Positions 24,991 through 38,367 of a DNA stretch of 64,000 nt are shown piece by piece. The DNA is from Camelus ferus (Eukaryota). The stretch is taken from the NCBI RefSeq assembly GCF_009834535.1, contig NC_045697.1, positions 106,394,001 to 106,458,000 of the forward strand, given 5' to 3'. Below the pieces are notes generated by a model that worked only from the letters and a program-made list of their open reading frames with translations, did not search any database and was not told the DNA's origin. Numbering within the stretch: position 1 is the stretch's first letter; every line of letters starts with the position of its first letter. Made by a program: the position numbers and the translations under genes.

Positions 24991-25779
24991 GAGCAGCTTC
25001 AACCTATGTTTAAAGGAACTCTTTCTAAGAAGTCAGTGAAGACAAGACAAAACCCTAGCTGCTCTGATTTAAGAGGTTCCCAGAGCCTTTCCCCACAGCA
25101 CTTCCCCATCGCTCTTACCCACTCCAGCCCCAATACTCAGAGAAGTCCAGTCAGTGATTTCACAGATGCCTTCTGCATGTAAGAGTCAACTCTCACAGAA
25201 TAGACGTTATGTTCTATTTCCTTGTGGGCTTATATGGACACTGACACTAATTAAGAGACTCCAAATACTCTTGGTTTTACATAAAATATTTAAATCTTTA
25301 AATCACAAGAGAAAGTTATTAATTTCATTGCAGCTCTCAAGTCATTGAAAAGGATAAGCTAAACTGAAAAGACTCTCACATTATTCTTTAAAATGCTTTC
25401 AAATACTCTTTTTAGCTAAAATACACTAATTGTTTCACCTTTTACCTAAATGTGTAAAAGAAAACTGGTCCCTCTGAGCCATATTCAATAAGCTATGGAG
25501 TTTTTCTGTGATCTTATCTTAGGGTTTTAACCTAGAGATGTGTAAAGTAGGATTTGGTGATACCTTGAAGGCCACTGAGAATCAAAGATTACCAACAGGA
25601 GGTGATGGGCTGGGGTGGATGAGAGAAGACTATCATTCCATGGTGGTGAAGTGAAGTCACTTGTCGGGAAAAGGGAAGCAATCAACGTCACATGGAGCCA
25701 TACCTCAGTAAAGAGATCACCTGCTAGAAGGAATTGAAAATATTGAAATTTAGTCTTCCAAAACTATAAACACAAACAA

Positions 25780-26740
25780 AACACATACAATATAAAAATT
25801 TTACAAATCTATGAAAAATACAGACTATCTAATATAAAAGTTATGAAAAAGACAGACTATCTAATATAAAAGTAGGCAAATGACTGCAATAGACTCTTTG
25901 CAAAGGGAATTTCCTAATAGGAAATCAGATTGTGAAAAATGCTCAAAACACATCAGTCAGTCATCAAGGAAATACAGAGTAAAGCCACAAAAACCACCTA
26001 CCCAAACAAATGGATTTAACACAATACTAAGGATTGACAAGAATAGAGAGAGATTGAAATATTCAAACACTGCCTGCCAGGGTGTGAACAGGTAATCTTT
26101 GGAAAATATTTGGCAATACCTTCAAAACCTAAGTCTATACCTGAGTGTGTCCAGCCCTCCCACTCCCAGCAGAAACACATTATAATGTGTACTGAAAAAT
26201 ACATAATAAGAATGATCATAGCTATACTTCAATAAAAAATATATATATACACACAAAAAGAAAAAAATAATCATAGCAGCACCATTTTGTAACAGCTAAA
26301 AATTGGAAGCAGGCAAATGTCCACTGATGGTAAAAAAGATACATAAATAGCAATTTAGTCATACAATGGAATGTCTCACAGCAGCAAGAATGAACTGCTA
26401 TACACAAGACATAACTGATTCTCACAAGACATAACTGATTCTCAAACACACAACCTTGGGAGAAAGAAGCCAGCATATAGCACATGCTTTCATTAATACA
26501 AAGTTCAAAAACAGGCAAAATTTACTAATGGTAATAGAAAACAAGGCACTAGTGACCTTTGGAGAAAGACTGGTGGGTCTGAGGCAGGCACAAAGAAAGC
26601 CTTTAGGGTGCTGGTAATGTTCTGTTTTATCACTGGCTGGTAGTTATACAGGTATGTTCACTTCCTGAACATTCCTTGAGCTTAGGATCTGTGTACTTTT
26701 CTGGTTATATGCTATACATCAATTTAAATTTATTTAACAA
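25780..26740 (+). mobile_element. Old L1ME-type 3' fragment
   Basis: AATCTTTGGAAAATATTTGGCAATA, AAATTGGAAGCAGGCAAATGTCCA, TACAAAGTTCAAAAACAGGCAAAA and GGGTGCTGGTAATGTTCTGTTT. Confidence 0.75.
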
Positions 26741-27241
26741 TAAATTTTAATTTTTAATTATTAATTTTTCAAAGTAACTTAGTAAAACTCTGAAAACACT
26801 ACCTTTGTCATTACAGGTAGTTTCATTTCTCCTCTTACTCTTCCTCAAAAGAAATATGAAGCATAGAGCTTCACTGAAAGTCAACAGTATCTATGCTAGA
26901 TTGTAAGCCCTTCTATGTAAGAAACTAATTTTTTTAATTTATGTTTTCTGTAAGACAGAGTACATGGCTAGCCAAGCAATAAGTACCCCCAAAAAAGTAA
27001 CTGATATGAATTTCTGTAAAGAAGTCCTAAATTATTACAATCTGATTAATTTTTACACAGTTCCTTATACTTATTTAGAAATCTCACTATTACTAAATTT
27101 TCCATGTACCTTGTCATGATTTTTTGCAGTGTGGTTAATAGACTTTGGTTTAATTTTATGCACCTGCTTATCTTGATAGAAAGACCGTAATTACCCAAAT
27201 GAAAAAAGGAACTAATTACTTTGGCCCAAAATGAGTGCTAA

Positions 27242-27279
27242 TCTCTTTCTGTCTCTCTCTCTCTCCCTCTCTCTCTCTG

Positions 27280-27372
<93 letters not shown>
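27242..27372. repeat. Compound microsatellite (CT)n-(CA)n
   Basis: About 97 bp of interrupted (CT)n followed by (CA)17. This explains track ORFs 27216..27398 and 27235..27441. Confidence 0.97.
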
Positions 27373-27376
<4 letters not shown>

Positions 27377-28476
27377 CTGGTTTTAGTAAAGTCCACATTA
27401 TTTCACATTTTTTTCACCTCAAATCCCCATTCAGTCTTTGAATTCAACCTTCAGATGCAAGGGGCACTGGTAGACTGGTAGAGGTAATAGGAATAGTGAG
27501 ATGAGACTTTTCTTGAATAAAATGTTAAATATGCTTGAAGTTGTCTTATCATAAACTTTTCAGGGATAATTTGGGTTAGAAACACAGATAGAACACGTGT
27601 CCAGGAGCAAAAAAAAAAAAGAGGGGAATAGTGCCTTATTTCTTAAACACTCTATTATATCAGAAATGCTTTCAAAATATCTAATGAAGATTTCCAAGTC
27701 AATACAAGTAGTTATGCCTTCAATGATAATTGTGGCATGTTGTGACTGTTTTTCTTGTGATTTTCACAGATTAAAACAGTGCTGTTACGAAAGTACATTC
27801 TCTCAGCTATTAATCACACATGCCTTAAATAGAAGCCATTAACATTTTATAAATAACAATAAAAAGTGAAAACTTGATTTATAAAGCAATTCCCGCTGAG
27901 ATATTTAGGACATTATATAAACAGTTAAAGACAACAATGAAAACACCATAAAGTTAATTACCACAAATTAAACAGAATAAATTAAGGGCCACAACTGTTA
28001 AACTGCTGCATTGGAGTTTTGCTCTGCTCAGAAATACTAACTGATGTTAAAGAACTAGATATAGAAATTGGAGAAAAATCATGAAATTTTGTAAATTCTG
28101 GCATCTACTTCAGATGTCTTCTTTCTTGATGGCGTTGTAAAAACTAGCTAATAGTAAAGGGCAATGAAATGGTTTTGGAGAGCTTACATTTAAGGGACAG
28201 GTTTAAATAATATAATTTTTAACTTGGAAACAATCTTAGTTGTCATCTTTAGCCCCTCAACTTACAGAGGAGGAAACAACAACACAAGGATGTAAACAAC
28301 TTGTTTGTGAAAGAACTGAAACCAGATTTCGGTCTCCTGACTCCTGATAAAGCACAATTTCCCCTGATAAAATTCCTTCCAAAAAACAGTATTTCCCCTC
28401 CATGAATTCTCTCACGCCTTTACCTTCTATCTCCTCTCCGAATCAGACTTTTTTTCCTCTACTTTGTTCTAATGGA

Positions 28477-28820
28477 GACAGTATAACATCATGCTGAAGA
28501 GCAACGACGTTAGGCTCACATGGGCCTGGGTTCAAGTCCAAACTTAACTTCACCACTTTCTAGTCTCTGACCCTAAGGTCTCACAGAACCAATTCATCAC
28601 AGTTTGCCTAAGACTTTCTTTGTTTTAAAACTGAAGGTCTTGAGTCCTGGCAGCCACCGTGGTCCCAGATAAATTAAGACAACTACCTATACTTAATTTT
28701 CCAAGCCTGAGATCTTTTATCTGTAAAATATGGACAATAATAATTCTCACACCTCACAGTGCTGCTAAGAGACCGAATGAATCAAAGTATGAAAACATTT
28801 AGCACAGCACTCAAGCCTGG
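28477..28820 (+). mobile_element. MIR split by a MER81-like MITE (about 28575-28690)
   Basis: MIR 5' half (CCTGGGTTCAAGTCC..CACCACTTTCTAG..TGACC), insert AGTTTGCCTAAGACT..TTTTAAAACTGAAGGTC, then MIR 3' half (ATCTGTAAAAT..CCTCACAG..CATTTAGCACAG). Confidence 0.7.
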
Positions 28821-29047
28821 ACCACAGAAAGCACCCATTTCCATATCAGTCACTTCTCCTGATTTAAAAGTAGTTTAAAACAGAAGTGATATGTAAAGAC
28901 AAGAGAGAATGAGTTTTCTGAGAAACAAGACAAGCAGCAGACTTGTGGATGGTGGGACAGCATAAAAAGAAAAGAACATTAAGAAGGAAGGTGAGTGCTT
29001 CAAGGCCACATTGGTCAACAGAATCAAACAAGAAAGGAGGGAGTTCC

Positions 29048-29350
29048 CAGACTCACAGACATAGAATCCAAACTTGTGGTTGCCAGCGGGGAGAGGGGGG
29101 TGGAAAGACAGACTGGGAGTTCGAGATTTGTAGATACTGACAGGTATACATAAAATAGATAAAAAAGTTTATACTGTATAGCACAGGAAAATACATACAA
29201 GATCTTGTAGTAGCTCACAGTGAAAAAGAATATGATAATGAATATATGTATATTCATGTATGATTGAAAAATTGTGCTGTACACCAGAAACTGACACAAT
29301 ATTGTAAACTGACTATAACTCAATAAAATTAAAAAAAAAAAAAAAAAAAA
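29048..29350 (+). mobile_element. Young camelid-type L1 3' end with long poly(A)
   Basis: CAGACTCACAGACATAGAA..GGGAGTTCGAGATTTGTAGATACTGAC..GTGCTGTACACCAGAAA..CTATAACTCAATAAAA and A20. TSD core AGGGAGTTCC on both sides. Confidence 0.9.
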
Positions 29351-30199
29351 GGAACAAGGGAGTTCCAGGGCCATGGAAGGGCTTAATTTGTACTCCTGAG
29401 TCTATAAATAAATGTAAATCTCTTCTACAAAGGATTAAAAGAAAAAAAAGAGGATGTGAGAATAAGGGATAAATAGGTACAATATTTTGTCTACTGCCTG
29501 GTATACCTTTAGAAACATGAAGAATCCCCAGAAGAGCCAAAAATGCCCACAACTGCCACATCACTGATGGATACAGTACCACAGCTACCATTTATATCAT
29601 TCTGAAAAGACTAACACATGGAACAACAAATATGAAAACACATATTTTTTTCTCACCAATATCTAATCGAAAGCCTTTCCCTATGGAATGAAACAGGCAT
29701 AAATAAGGTAGGGGTGTACTTTCAGTTATCTTCAAGACCAGAAACAGAAAATAAACACAGAGTGGTAAGGGAATTGAAGTTGTGAATGCTGCCCCGGCTC
29801 CTCCACACAGGCAGAGGTAACCTGGAGTTCAGCTCCAGTGGTATACCCAGCACAATTCCTAAGTGAGGCAGGAGATTGGGGTCAGGCCCTGCTAAAAACC
29901 ACTGAACTTTCATTCAATGAGAGGCAGAAAATAACAGCTTTCAACTGTTGCCTGCGGAAAGGGCTTATCATAAGCTCCATACTTGGAGAGGCAAAAGATA
30001 CACACATATCTCACCACTAGGACCTAGGCTCACCATCCACTGGCTCAGAGACAGGAACTGAAATACCAATATTACAGGAGCAGGAGCCCCAAGGGACCAA
30101 TATAAGACGTGGTTCTGGAATGGGAAACGAAGTGGCAGCTATAATGCTGTGAATCAGAAAGTGGTGAAAGTAGAAGTAAACAAAATACAAAAATACAAA

Positions 30200-30870
30200 A
30201 AAAATTCCTACTTTCACATAAGCTGAAAATTATTATAAAACACATGTCCAAAACTAACACTAGGAAAGACAGCCAATAAAATCAGCAATTCAGATAGTCA
30301 TTAACTCCACAGGAAACAATATGACTATAAAACAAAAATGAAAGTAATAAAAATATGAAAAAGAATTTAAAATAAGGGGGTTAAGACTCCATCAAGAGAC
30401 AGAGGAGAAAATTAAATTCCTACAAAAGATACGAAAATATGAAACAAAGTAGCCAGAAATAAAACAGGGATATTAAAAAAGAAACAGAGCCCTTGAAATA
30501 AAAATACATTCTTTGAAAAAAATTTATAAGCTCCATGTACAGAGTAAAATCTGGACTACACACAGTATAAGAGAATCGGTGAATGAAGAGATACTACTGA
30601 GGAACTTCCCAGAAGCCAGCAAGAAGAAATATCGATAAAAAGACGAAATAACAATTAAACGATAAAAAAGGTAGATTAGAAGGTCCCAACATGTGTATAA
30701 AGGAAGTTCCAGGAAGAAAGGAAAGGAGGAAAAACAACATTTGAAGTGTCAGTATTGAAAAATGTCATGAATCTTGAGATTGAAAGTACACTCCAGATGC
30801 CAAGGAAGAAGAAATGAAATAATAAATCCACATAGAGACACTCCCTAGTGAGCATCAGGAATAAAAAGAG
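30200..30870 (+). mobile_element. Ancient L1/HAL1 ORF1-region remnant
   Basis: A-rich strand with GAAGGTCCCAACAT..GAAGTTCCAG and ATGAATCTTGAGATTGAAAG..AAATCCACA motifs. Confidence 0.55.
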
Positions 30871-30959
30871 TCATCCGTGCTCCTTGTCTCTGATTTCTGT
30901 CTTCCCTCTAGAACCCGCTCTCATCAGGCTTTTGCCCTTGCTACTTCGTCTAAACTGAT

Positions 30960-31392
30960 TCTAACAGGCTCTGTGATGCACCACCCAGAGCCCCCTGAAG
31001 AACTTCCTCCCCAGCTGCTGGAAATGCTACCAGAAGACAGCCCTCAGCTACGACTCTCCCTTACACTGGACTGGCTCTGAAGTCACCTTGTCCAAAATCA
31101 CGCCCCTGTTGAAGGCAGCCCACTTTCAGTGACTAGTCAACAAGAGGTTTATTCAGGTCCAGACACCTCGTCCCAATTCAGGCAACTCTGAAGGGGCACC
31201 TCAACATTAGAGCTCCCCATGGGATGCGCTGAGGCCTTCACTAGACTGCCTCACAGACCAGCTTCTCCAACTCCTACCTACTTCCCTTCCCTTCCCTTCC
31301 CTTCCACAGATGGCGATTCCAAAACACTTCCTTACAAACCTCTTGCTCATCTCCATCTCAGAGTCTACCTCCTGGGGAATACAACATTTTAT
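30960..31392 (+). mobile_element. ERVL LTR16-family solo LTR
   Basis: CTGTGATGCACCACCCAGAGCCCCC..CCCAGCTGCTGG..GACAGCCCTCAGC..CAACTCTGAAGGG..AGAGCTCCCCATGGGAT..CTCCATCTCAGAGTCT. Confidence 0.85.
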
Positions 31393-32567
31393 CAAGGTCA
31401 GTGATGATCTTCATGCTGTTAAATCCAATTGTCAATTCTTAGTATTCTTAGTCCTGATCTTAGTTCACCTATAAACAGCAATTTACATATTTTATCACTC
31501 ACTCCTTCTTGAAATATTTCCTGCATTTGGTTCCTAGGAATCCCTGCTGTCCTAGATTATCTCTTACCTCCTACTACGGATCTTTTGCTGGTTCCTCCTC
31601 AACTCATTGACCTCAAAATATCAAAGTGTCCCGAGGCTCAGACCTTGAATCTCTTTTCCACCACATATATTTACTTTGTTATTTCATCCATGGCTTTAAA
31701 TGCCAATCTCTATGTTGATGATTCACAAATACGTATTTTCAACCTGGTCCTCTCCTCTTGGTTATTTCACATTTCCATTTGGATGTCATTTTAAAGGCAT
31801 CTCAAATTTTATATATCAAAACTGAGCTTCTAATCTTCCTGCAATAATTTTCCCAACCTCAGCAAATGACATCTCCACTATTCCAGTTACTGAGGGCAAA
31901 CTATCATCCTTGACTCTTCTCATTTTTGCACATTCCACATCCTATTCATAAGCAAATCCTGTCAGCAATATTTTCAAAACATATTCAGAATCTGATAGCT
32001 TCATACCGCTTTTACTGTTAACACTCTAGTCCAAGCCATCATTCTCTCTCACCTGGATTATTAGAGTAGCTTCTAACTAGCCTGATTCTAACCCTGATCC
32101 ACAACCCAGCAACCAGAGTTATCCCACTAAAACCTAAGTCAGCATACCCTCCATTCAAAATCCACTGGCAACTTCTAGTCTCTGTAAAGATGAAGTCCTT
32201 AGAATGGTTCACACAGCCCTACCTTATCTGTTACCTCATGGACATCATATGCACCCCAGTCCCTTGCTTACTTTCCTGGAGCTACAATGCTTTCCCTGGG
32301 CCTCTGGTCTGGTCAGGATTGCCCTCACCTCAAGACATTTGCATTCGCTCTTTGCTCTGCCTGAAATGTTCTTCTTTCAAACTGCCACAAGGTACCAACC
32401 CCTCACTTCTTGCAGGTGTATACTCAAATGTACCCTCTGAGTATGGACTTCACCAGTCATCCACACATAATAGTGACCTCACCTCCCACAACCCTCCCTA
32501 ACTCCCTCCTTGGTTTGTTTTCCTCCTTAGCAAACTGTGTGCTTTCCTTATTTATTATCTGTCTCTC

Positions 32568-32985
32568 TATGGCAGAGACAACTAGCTGATCCCCAAATAT
32601 GTCTTCTCTTCTTCCTGGGCCCATAGCCAAACTACCTTTCCCAGGTACCCTTGAAGTCAAATGTGAACAAGTGACTGAGTTCTAACCATGAGAATGTGGG
32701 CCAAAGTGAAAAGTGCCACTTCTAGGCCAGGCCTTAAAAACCTCCCAGGCGCTCCTCCCTGCTCTTTTCCCTCCCCGGCTGCTAGAATGTTGGTGACTCA
32801 AGGATAGCATTAAAATTAAATGTTAGAGATGGCAGAGCCACAAGGAAAAAGAAGCCTGTATCTCGAGAGCTGCCTAACCAGGAACATTCATAAGAGACAG
32901 TTTGACAAATAAGACATAAAATTGCAAGGCATTAAATCAGTAATAATCAGGAGTTTCATTTATTATAGTAGCTAGTTTTACTCAC
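32568..32985 (+). mobile_element. MLT1I/J-like LTR
   Basis: TATGGCAGAGAC..TTCCTGGGC..CTACCTTTCCCAG..GTGACTGAGTTCT..GCCACTTCTAGGCC..AGATGGCAGAGCCACA. Confidence 0.75.
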
Positions 32986-33149
32986 TTGCTAGACTATAAG
33001 ATCTACAAGTGCAGGGATTTTTGACTGCTTTGTACACTGATGCATCCCCAGTGTCTAGAACACTAGCCGTCAATCAACACATATTTGAAGGGAATACATA
33101 ATGAATAGAAAACTTGAATTCCCACACATAGAAAAGCTAGGCTATCAAC

Positions 33150-33308
33150 TTTGACAAAACCTCTCATCAGCAGTGATAGCTGACAGAAGACAAACAGTAT
33201 CTTAAAACATCTGAGGGAAAATAACAATAAATACAAAATTCAAAATCAATCTAAACTACCATGCAAAACTGAAAACAAAATACTTTCAGAAACACTAGGT
33301 CTAAGAAA

Positions 33309-33355
<47 letters not shown>

Positions 33356-34250
33356 TCCTCCTAAGATGAGATGTTAAACGATATACTTCAGTAAGAAGAA
33401 AGTGAGCCCAAAAGGAATAAATGGAATGCAAAAAAGAAAACAGTAAGCATAGAAATTTGATAAAGTACATTTGTAAATTTAAATTAACAATTACCTGTAA
33501 AAACTTATAAAAGTAGTTAATATGAATTTTTTCATGTGGAACTAAAATTTTAAATACAATAAACAGGGTGGAGGAAGGGACGAGACAGAAAGGAACAGTT
33601 TTTCGTACACTAAGAGTCTAGTGTCCTGATCTTGCTTGGGAAGAAAATAAATACATCGAGTAATTTTTTAAGAGAAAATTAGCAACAAATATTTTCACTA
33701 ACATGTCAAGGATAACTCTAATAAAATGTAACTTAATATATTGCTCTCAAACTATCAGAAGAATCATATAGTAATTATTGAAAATTTTTTTCTGTCACAT
33801 GAAATGTCTCAATAAATGTTAAATATTTGAATAATACAATTATTACAAACTAGCAATAAAGATAGTTTTTTTTAAAGTATATGCCTGAACAACTCATTGA
33901 TTAAAGAATAGATCAAAATGGAAATTATGAAATATTTAGAACAGGAGTAGTTGAAAGCATAACAAATTTAACAAATTGAACCCGTGAGATGCAGGCAAAG
34001 TAGTAATTTCCATTGCCTTAAATGTATTTATTAAACTAAATAAGAAATACTAAAAATAGTTAAACATTCTACTTTAACAGATATAGAACAAAAACTTGTT
34101 AAATTCAAAGAAAGTAGAAGAAAGAAATCAATGGAGATGAGAGCAAAAATGAATGGAATAGAAAACTGCAAAAAATGAAACAATAGATTGTCAACAAAAA
34201 TCAAGAGCAAGTCCTTTGGAAACATTGACAAAAGCCTCTAGGTACCACAA
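33150..34250 (+). mobile_element. Ancient L1 remnants (ORF1 end and ORF2 fragments)
   Basis: AAAATGGAAATTATGAAATATTTAGAA..GTGAGATGCAG..AAAGTAG and AAATTCAAAGAAAGTAGAAGAAAGAAATCAAT..AGAGCAAAAATGAATG. Confidence 0.6.
33309..33352. repeat. (TC)n-(CA)n microsatellite
   Basis: Direct observation. Confidence 0.95.
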
Positions 34251-36254
34251 AAAGAAAAGAGAGGGAGAGAAAGGCAGGCAGGCAGGGAGGCAAATAAGCA
34301 ATGTTAGGAAGCCTGAAGGAAAAGGTTGAAGGCTGGGGAGAGAAGTCTAGATTTGTTAGGGTGCTGGATGGAGCAAACTGGCCCAGGTAAGACAGGACAG
34401 TAAGGAAGGCTCAAACATCCAAGAGCAGCAGGATGGTACTGAGTCTTACAAGCAAGAAGAAACCACAGAGAATGAGGGGGAAAACTGCACAGAGCATGAA
34501 ATGCACTAAAGGGAGAGGCAAGTGACGAACAGCATAAGGGAACCATATGCTAGCTCTTTGAGTGTGTTCCTTTCTAAAGTAAAAGCTAGCATTACATAAA
34601 ATAAAATCAATTTAGAATAAAATGACTTTATTAAGAACTATTCATGCAAAATTAAAATACTGTAGCAGAAGGCTGGGAGTAAACTTAATTGTTCTTTTAT
34701 ACATCTGAATAGCTCATTACCAGAAATCAAGGTATTCATTAAGAAAGCATAGCCTATCTTCCTCCAGAGAAGAATCCCTAATCTAACTACCCACCAAGAT
34801 CCGGGGCCTGACTTCATGTGCTAGGAAACACCTTTTCGGTAGGAAACACTGATTATTTTGTTTCATTTTTATTAAATAAAAATTTTATTAGCTAAAATTT
34901 ACATAAAAACTACCAATGAACTCAGTGCATTTTATTTATATAGTTTATTTACATGAATGTATGTATTTATTTCTGACCTACTTCAGAGATATATCAAGAC
35001 AGAAATATAGCAAAAACACGGTTTACAGGTAAAATTGTGAAGTCAGTCAAAAAAAAAATAGAAATCAGTGTTCACCTAGATATTCCTCTAGAAATGTTCT
35101 TCCCCTTTGAGATATCCTTTCCCTGCACAGGGCTCTCATATTATGCTTGCAGGCTTTTTTATTTTAACAGGTGAAAATATATCAAGGTTCTGGTCACTTG
35201 CCTTTAAGGAAAATGTATATAAGAAAATATCAGATATTAGCAGACAGAGAATTTTGTTAAGTCTTTGTAAAACAAACTTTTCTTGTATCCCTAAAATTAC
35301 AAAATATAGAATCACTACTATTCTGTCAATTCCCTGGCCCAAAAATGCCTATGCTACATAGACCAGGATGTGAAATTGAACAAGAATATTTAGAGCCAAA
35401 TAAATAATACATAATTCAGCTCTTCCTTCACACATGACCTTATTTCTCCATACCAAAAAAAAAAAAAAAAACCATAACAATCTCCCTTAATCATGGATCT
35501 ATTCATGGTCTTCTTTTAATCAAAGTGTCAGTGTCTACAAAATAATATAATAAAAAATAACCCAAAGCCACAAGTCCAATGCTAAGTCCCAATGCTCTCA
35601 CTGCACAGGTGCAAGCATTTCCTTTACCATACCCACCAGCATAACTAGCTTTCCTCCTTCCTCAGTTTTGCTCATGTTGCTTTCTACATCCAAATATCAA
35701 CTCCCCTACTTCCCAAAGAGCAACCAACTTTGATTTTCCTTAGCAGAACATATCACATGTCTCCTCCTCCACAAGGTTTTCTCCTTATCCTCCACATCGG
35801 GACTCTTCCTTCTCTCCTAATAATCCCATAGTACCTACACTATCTCTGGTTTATGACACTTGTCTTGCTAAAGCTTATATTATGGTTATTTGTGTGTTAA
35901 TGTTATTTCCCTCACTATACAGCAAAAGTCTTAAGGATAATATTCCTGTCTGAATTATCATAATATCCCTTACAGTTCCTATGAAAATTCTCTAAATATA
36001 AGTGTTCAAAAATTATTTGTAAAATAATTAAGTGTAGCAACAAGTTACAGTGATTATATTAGAAGAACAAAAATTCAGTTCCCCAGAAATATATGTATCC
36101 AAAAAAAGTTCAGCTGCTGACTTCTTGTATCATATAATCTCTTTTCTGGGGCCCCAATTTTTCAAAAACATAGCATTAATTAATAATAGAAAAGCATTTA
36201 ACTTATAAAATTTATGAAAAGATAGTTATATGCTACATAATGTGAAAATTAAGT

Positions 36255-36600
36255 ACCTAAAAACTAAAGTAGATGTTATTTATATGAATTTCCAAGAAGC
36301 AGCCTGGTAGCTTCCAGTAAAGAACTGAGGAATTGATCTCCATTAATAAGGCTGAATTATTAGTTGGGAAAGTATATAGGTAAAGAGATAACACTTTGAG
36401 AAAGTGAAAGCATGAGAGCAAGATCTCACAAATTTTTAAAAATATAATAAAAGATGTAAGTTCCCAAAATAATCTTCATGATTAAAGGACAAAAGATCTA
36501 GGCATTATTCTTCAGGAGAAAAAAAAAGACTGAGGCAGCAGGATAATGGTAATCAAATTTAGGAAGGACAGACTAAACAATGAATCAGTCTAGCCAAATA
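36255..36600 (+). mobile_element. CR1/L3 LINE remnant
   Basis: GTAGATGTTATTTATATGAATTTCCAAGAAGC (resembles the VDVIYLDFSKA RT motif) and GGAGAAAA..AAGACTGAGG. Confidence 0.5.
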
Positions 36601-36605
36601 AGAAG

Positions 36606-37795
36606 TATAATTCCAATGGCATTTTTCATTAAAATAGAACAAACAACCCTAAAATTTGTATGGAACCACAAAAGACACCAAATAGCACAAGCAACTGAGA
36701 AAGAAGAACAAAGCCGGAGACACCATGCTTCCTGATTTTGAATGATACTACAAATCTATAGTAATCAAAACAGTATGATATTACCATTAAAAACAGATAC
36801 ATAGATTAATGGAACAGAACAGAGCCCAGAAGTAAAACCACACATAGATGATTAATTAATTTGCAACACAGGAGCCAAGAGTCACATGCAAAATAATGAA
36901 ATTGGACCACTATCTCACACCATCTACGAAAATTAAGCCACAATGAGATATCACCTCACACCTGTCACAATGGCTGTCAACAAAAATACAAAAAATAAGT
37001 CTTGACAAGGATGTGGAGAAAAGGGAACCCTTGTGCACTGTTGGAGGGAATGTAAATTGGTGTAACCACTACAGAAAACAGTAGGAAGGTTTCTCAGAAA
37101 GTTAAAAATAGGACTACCATATGATCCAGCAATTCCATCTGTGGGTATTTATCCACAGGAAATGAAAACACTAACTCAAAAAGATATCTGCACCCCCACG
37201 TTCACTGCAACATGATTTACAATAGCCAAGATATGGAAGCAATCTAAATGTCCATAAATAAGTGAACGTATACACATAAACACACATAACAGAACATTAT
37301 TCAGCCAAAAAAAAAAAGAATGAAATCTTGCCACTTACAACAGTATGATGGGCCTTGAGGGCACTATGCTAAGTGAAATATTCAAGTCAGACAGAGAAAG
37401 ACAAATATTATGATCTCACTTAGAGGAGGAACCTAAAAATTTGAACTCATAGATACAGAGAGCAGATTGGTGGTTGTCAGAGGCAGAGGGTAGGGAGTGG
37501 GTAAAAGGGGTGACGGGGGCCAAAAGGCACAAACTCCCAGTTATCAATTAAACAAGTCCTAGGGATGTAATGTACAGCATGCTGACTATAGGTAATAATA
37601 TTGTATTGTATATTTTAAAGTTGTTAAGAGAGTAGATCTTAAAAGTTCTCTTCACAAGGGAAATTGCAATTATTTATGATGATGGATGTTAACAAGACTT
37701 ACTGTGATCATTTTATAACACATACAAATATCGAATCATTATGTCATACACCTGAAACTACCATAATGTTATATGTCTAAATCTCAATTTTAAAA
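36606..37795 (+). mobile_element. 5'-truncated L1MA9-like element with internal deletions
   Basis: ORF2 pieces (AAAATTTGTATGGAACCACAAAAGAC, ACTACCATATGATCCAGCAATTCC) and an L1MA9-type 3' UTR (GAGAGTAGATCTTAAAAGTTCTC..ACACCTGAAACT..TCTCAATT). TSD-like AGAAGTA. Confidence 0.9.
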
Positions 37796-38365
37796 GAGAA
37801 GTAATAGTTAGACGCACTAAGATAATTTTAAGTAAAATACCTAGAAAAACTGCAGTGATTATTTTTAAATTGTACCCAATAACTTATTACGACAAAGGCT
37901 GCAGTATTTCTATATTGTAAAGGTGCCTTGATGTCGTAGGCTGTATTCATCTGGCCCTATCTATAAGACAATCAATGCCAGTAAGGAAATTAAATTTAAT
38001 TGCCTTGCTATTTAGGTACAGTTTTAGGTACAGTTTCACATGAGGGATTAAAAAATAATTTCTAGTTCAGATTAATTTATATAAAATCTATTCAGTTATA
38101 ATTCAGGGATAAAGCTCTCCACAGACCTCTACCAATCTCTAACAGGCAAATCCCCAAAGAGCTTTTTATTTAAATCACATTTCTTAATTACTCTCAGTAG
38201 GGGTTCCCAGAGATCTTAATCCCTTTGCCATGCAGCAATTTTCTATAGCAGCTTTAGTAAAAATGTTAAATTTAAAAATATATGCACGACTGGGATATTG
38301 TGCTGTACACCAAACACAGACACAATGTAATTGATTGTACATCAATAAAAATATACATGGAGTGC

Positions 38366-38367
<2 letters not shown>

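Larger units (their letters stand above)
30870..33105 (+). mobile_element. L2 (L2a-like) interrupted by LTR16 and MLT1 LTRs
   Basis: AAATCCAATTGTCAATTCT, CACTCCTTCTTGAAA, CAAGCCATCATTCTCTCTCACCTGGATTA, and 3' CTAGACTATAAG..CCCCAGTGTCTAGAACA. Confidence 0.8.

Noticed and set aside
27216..27441. ORFs with ER/SL/TH repeats
   Set aside because: They are translations of the (CT)n(CA)n microsatellite.
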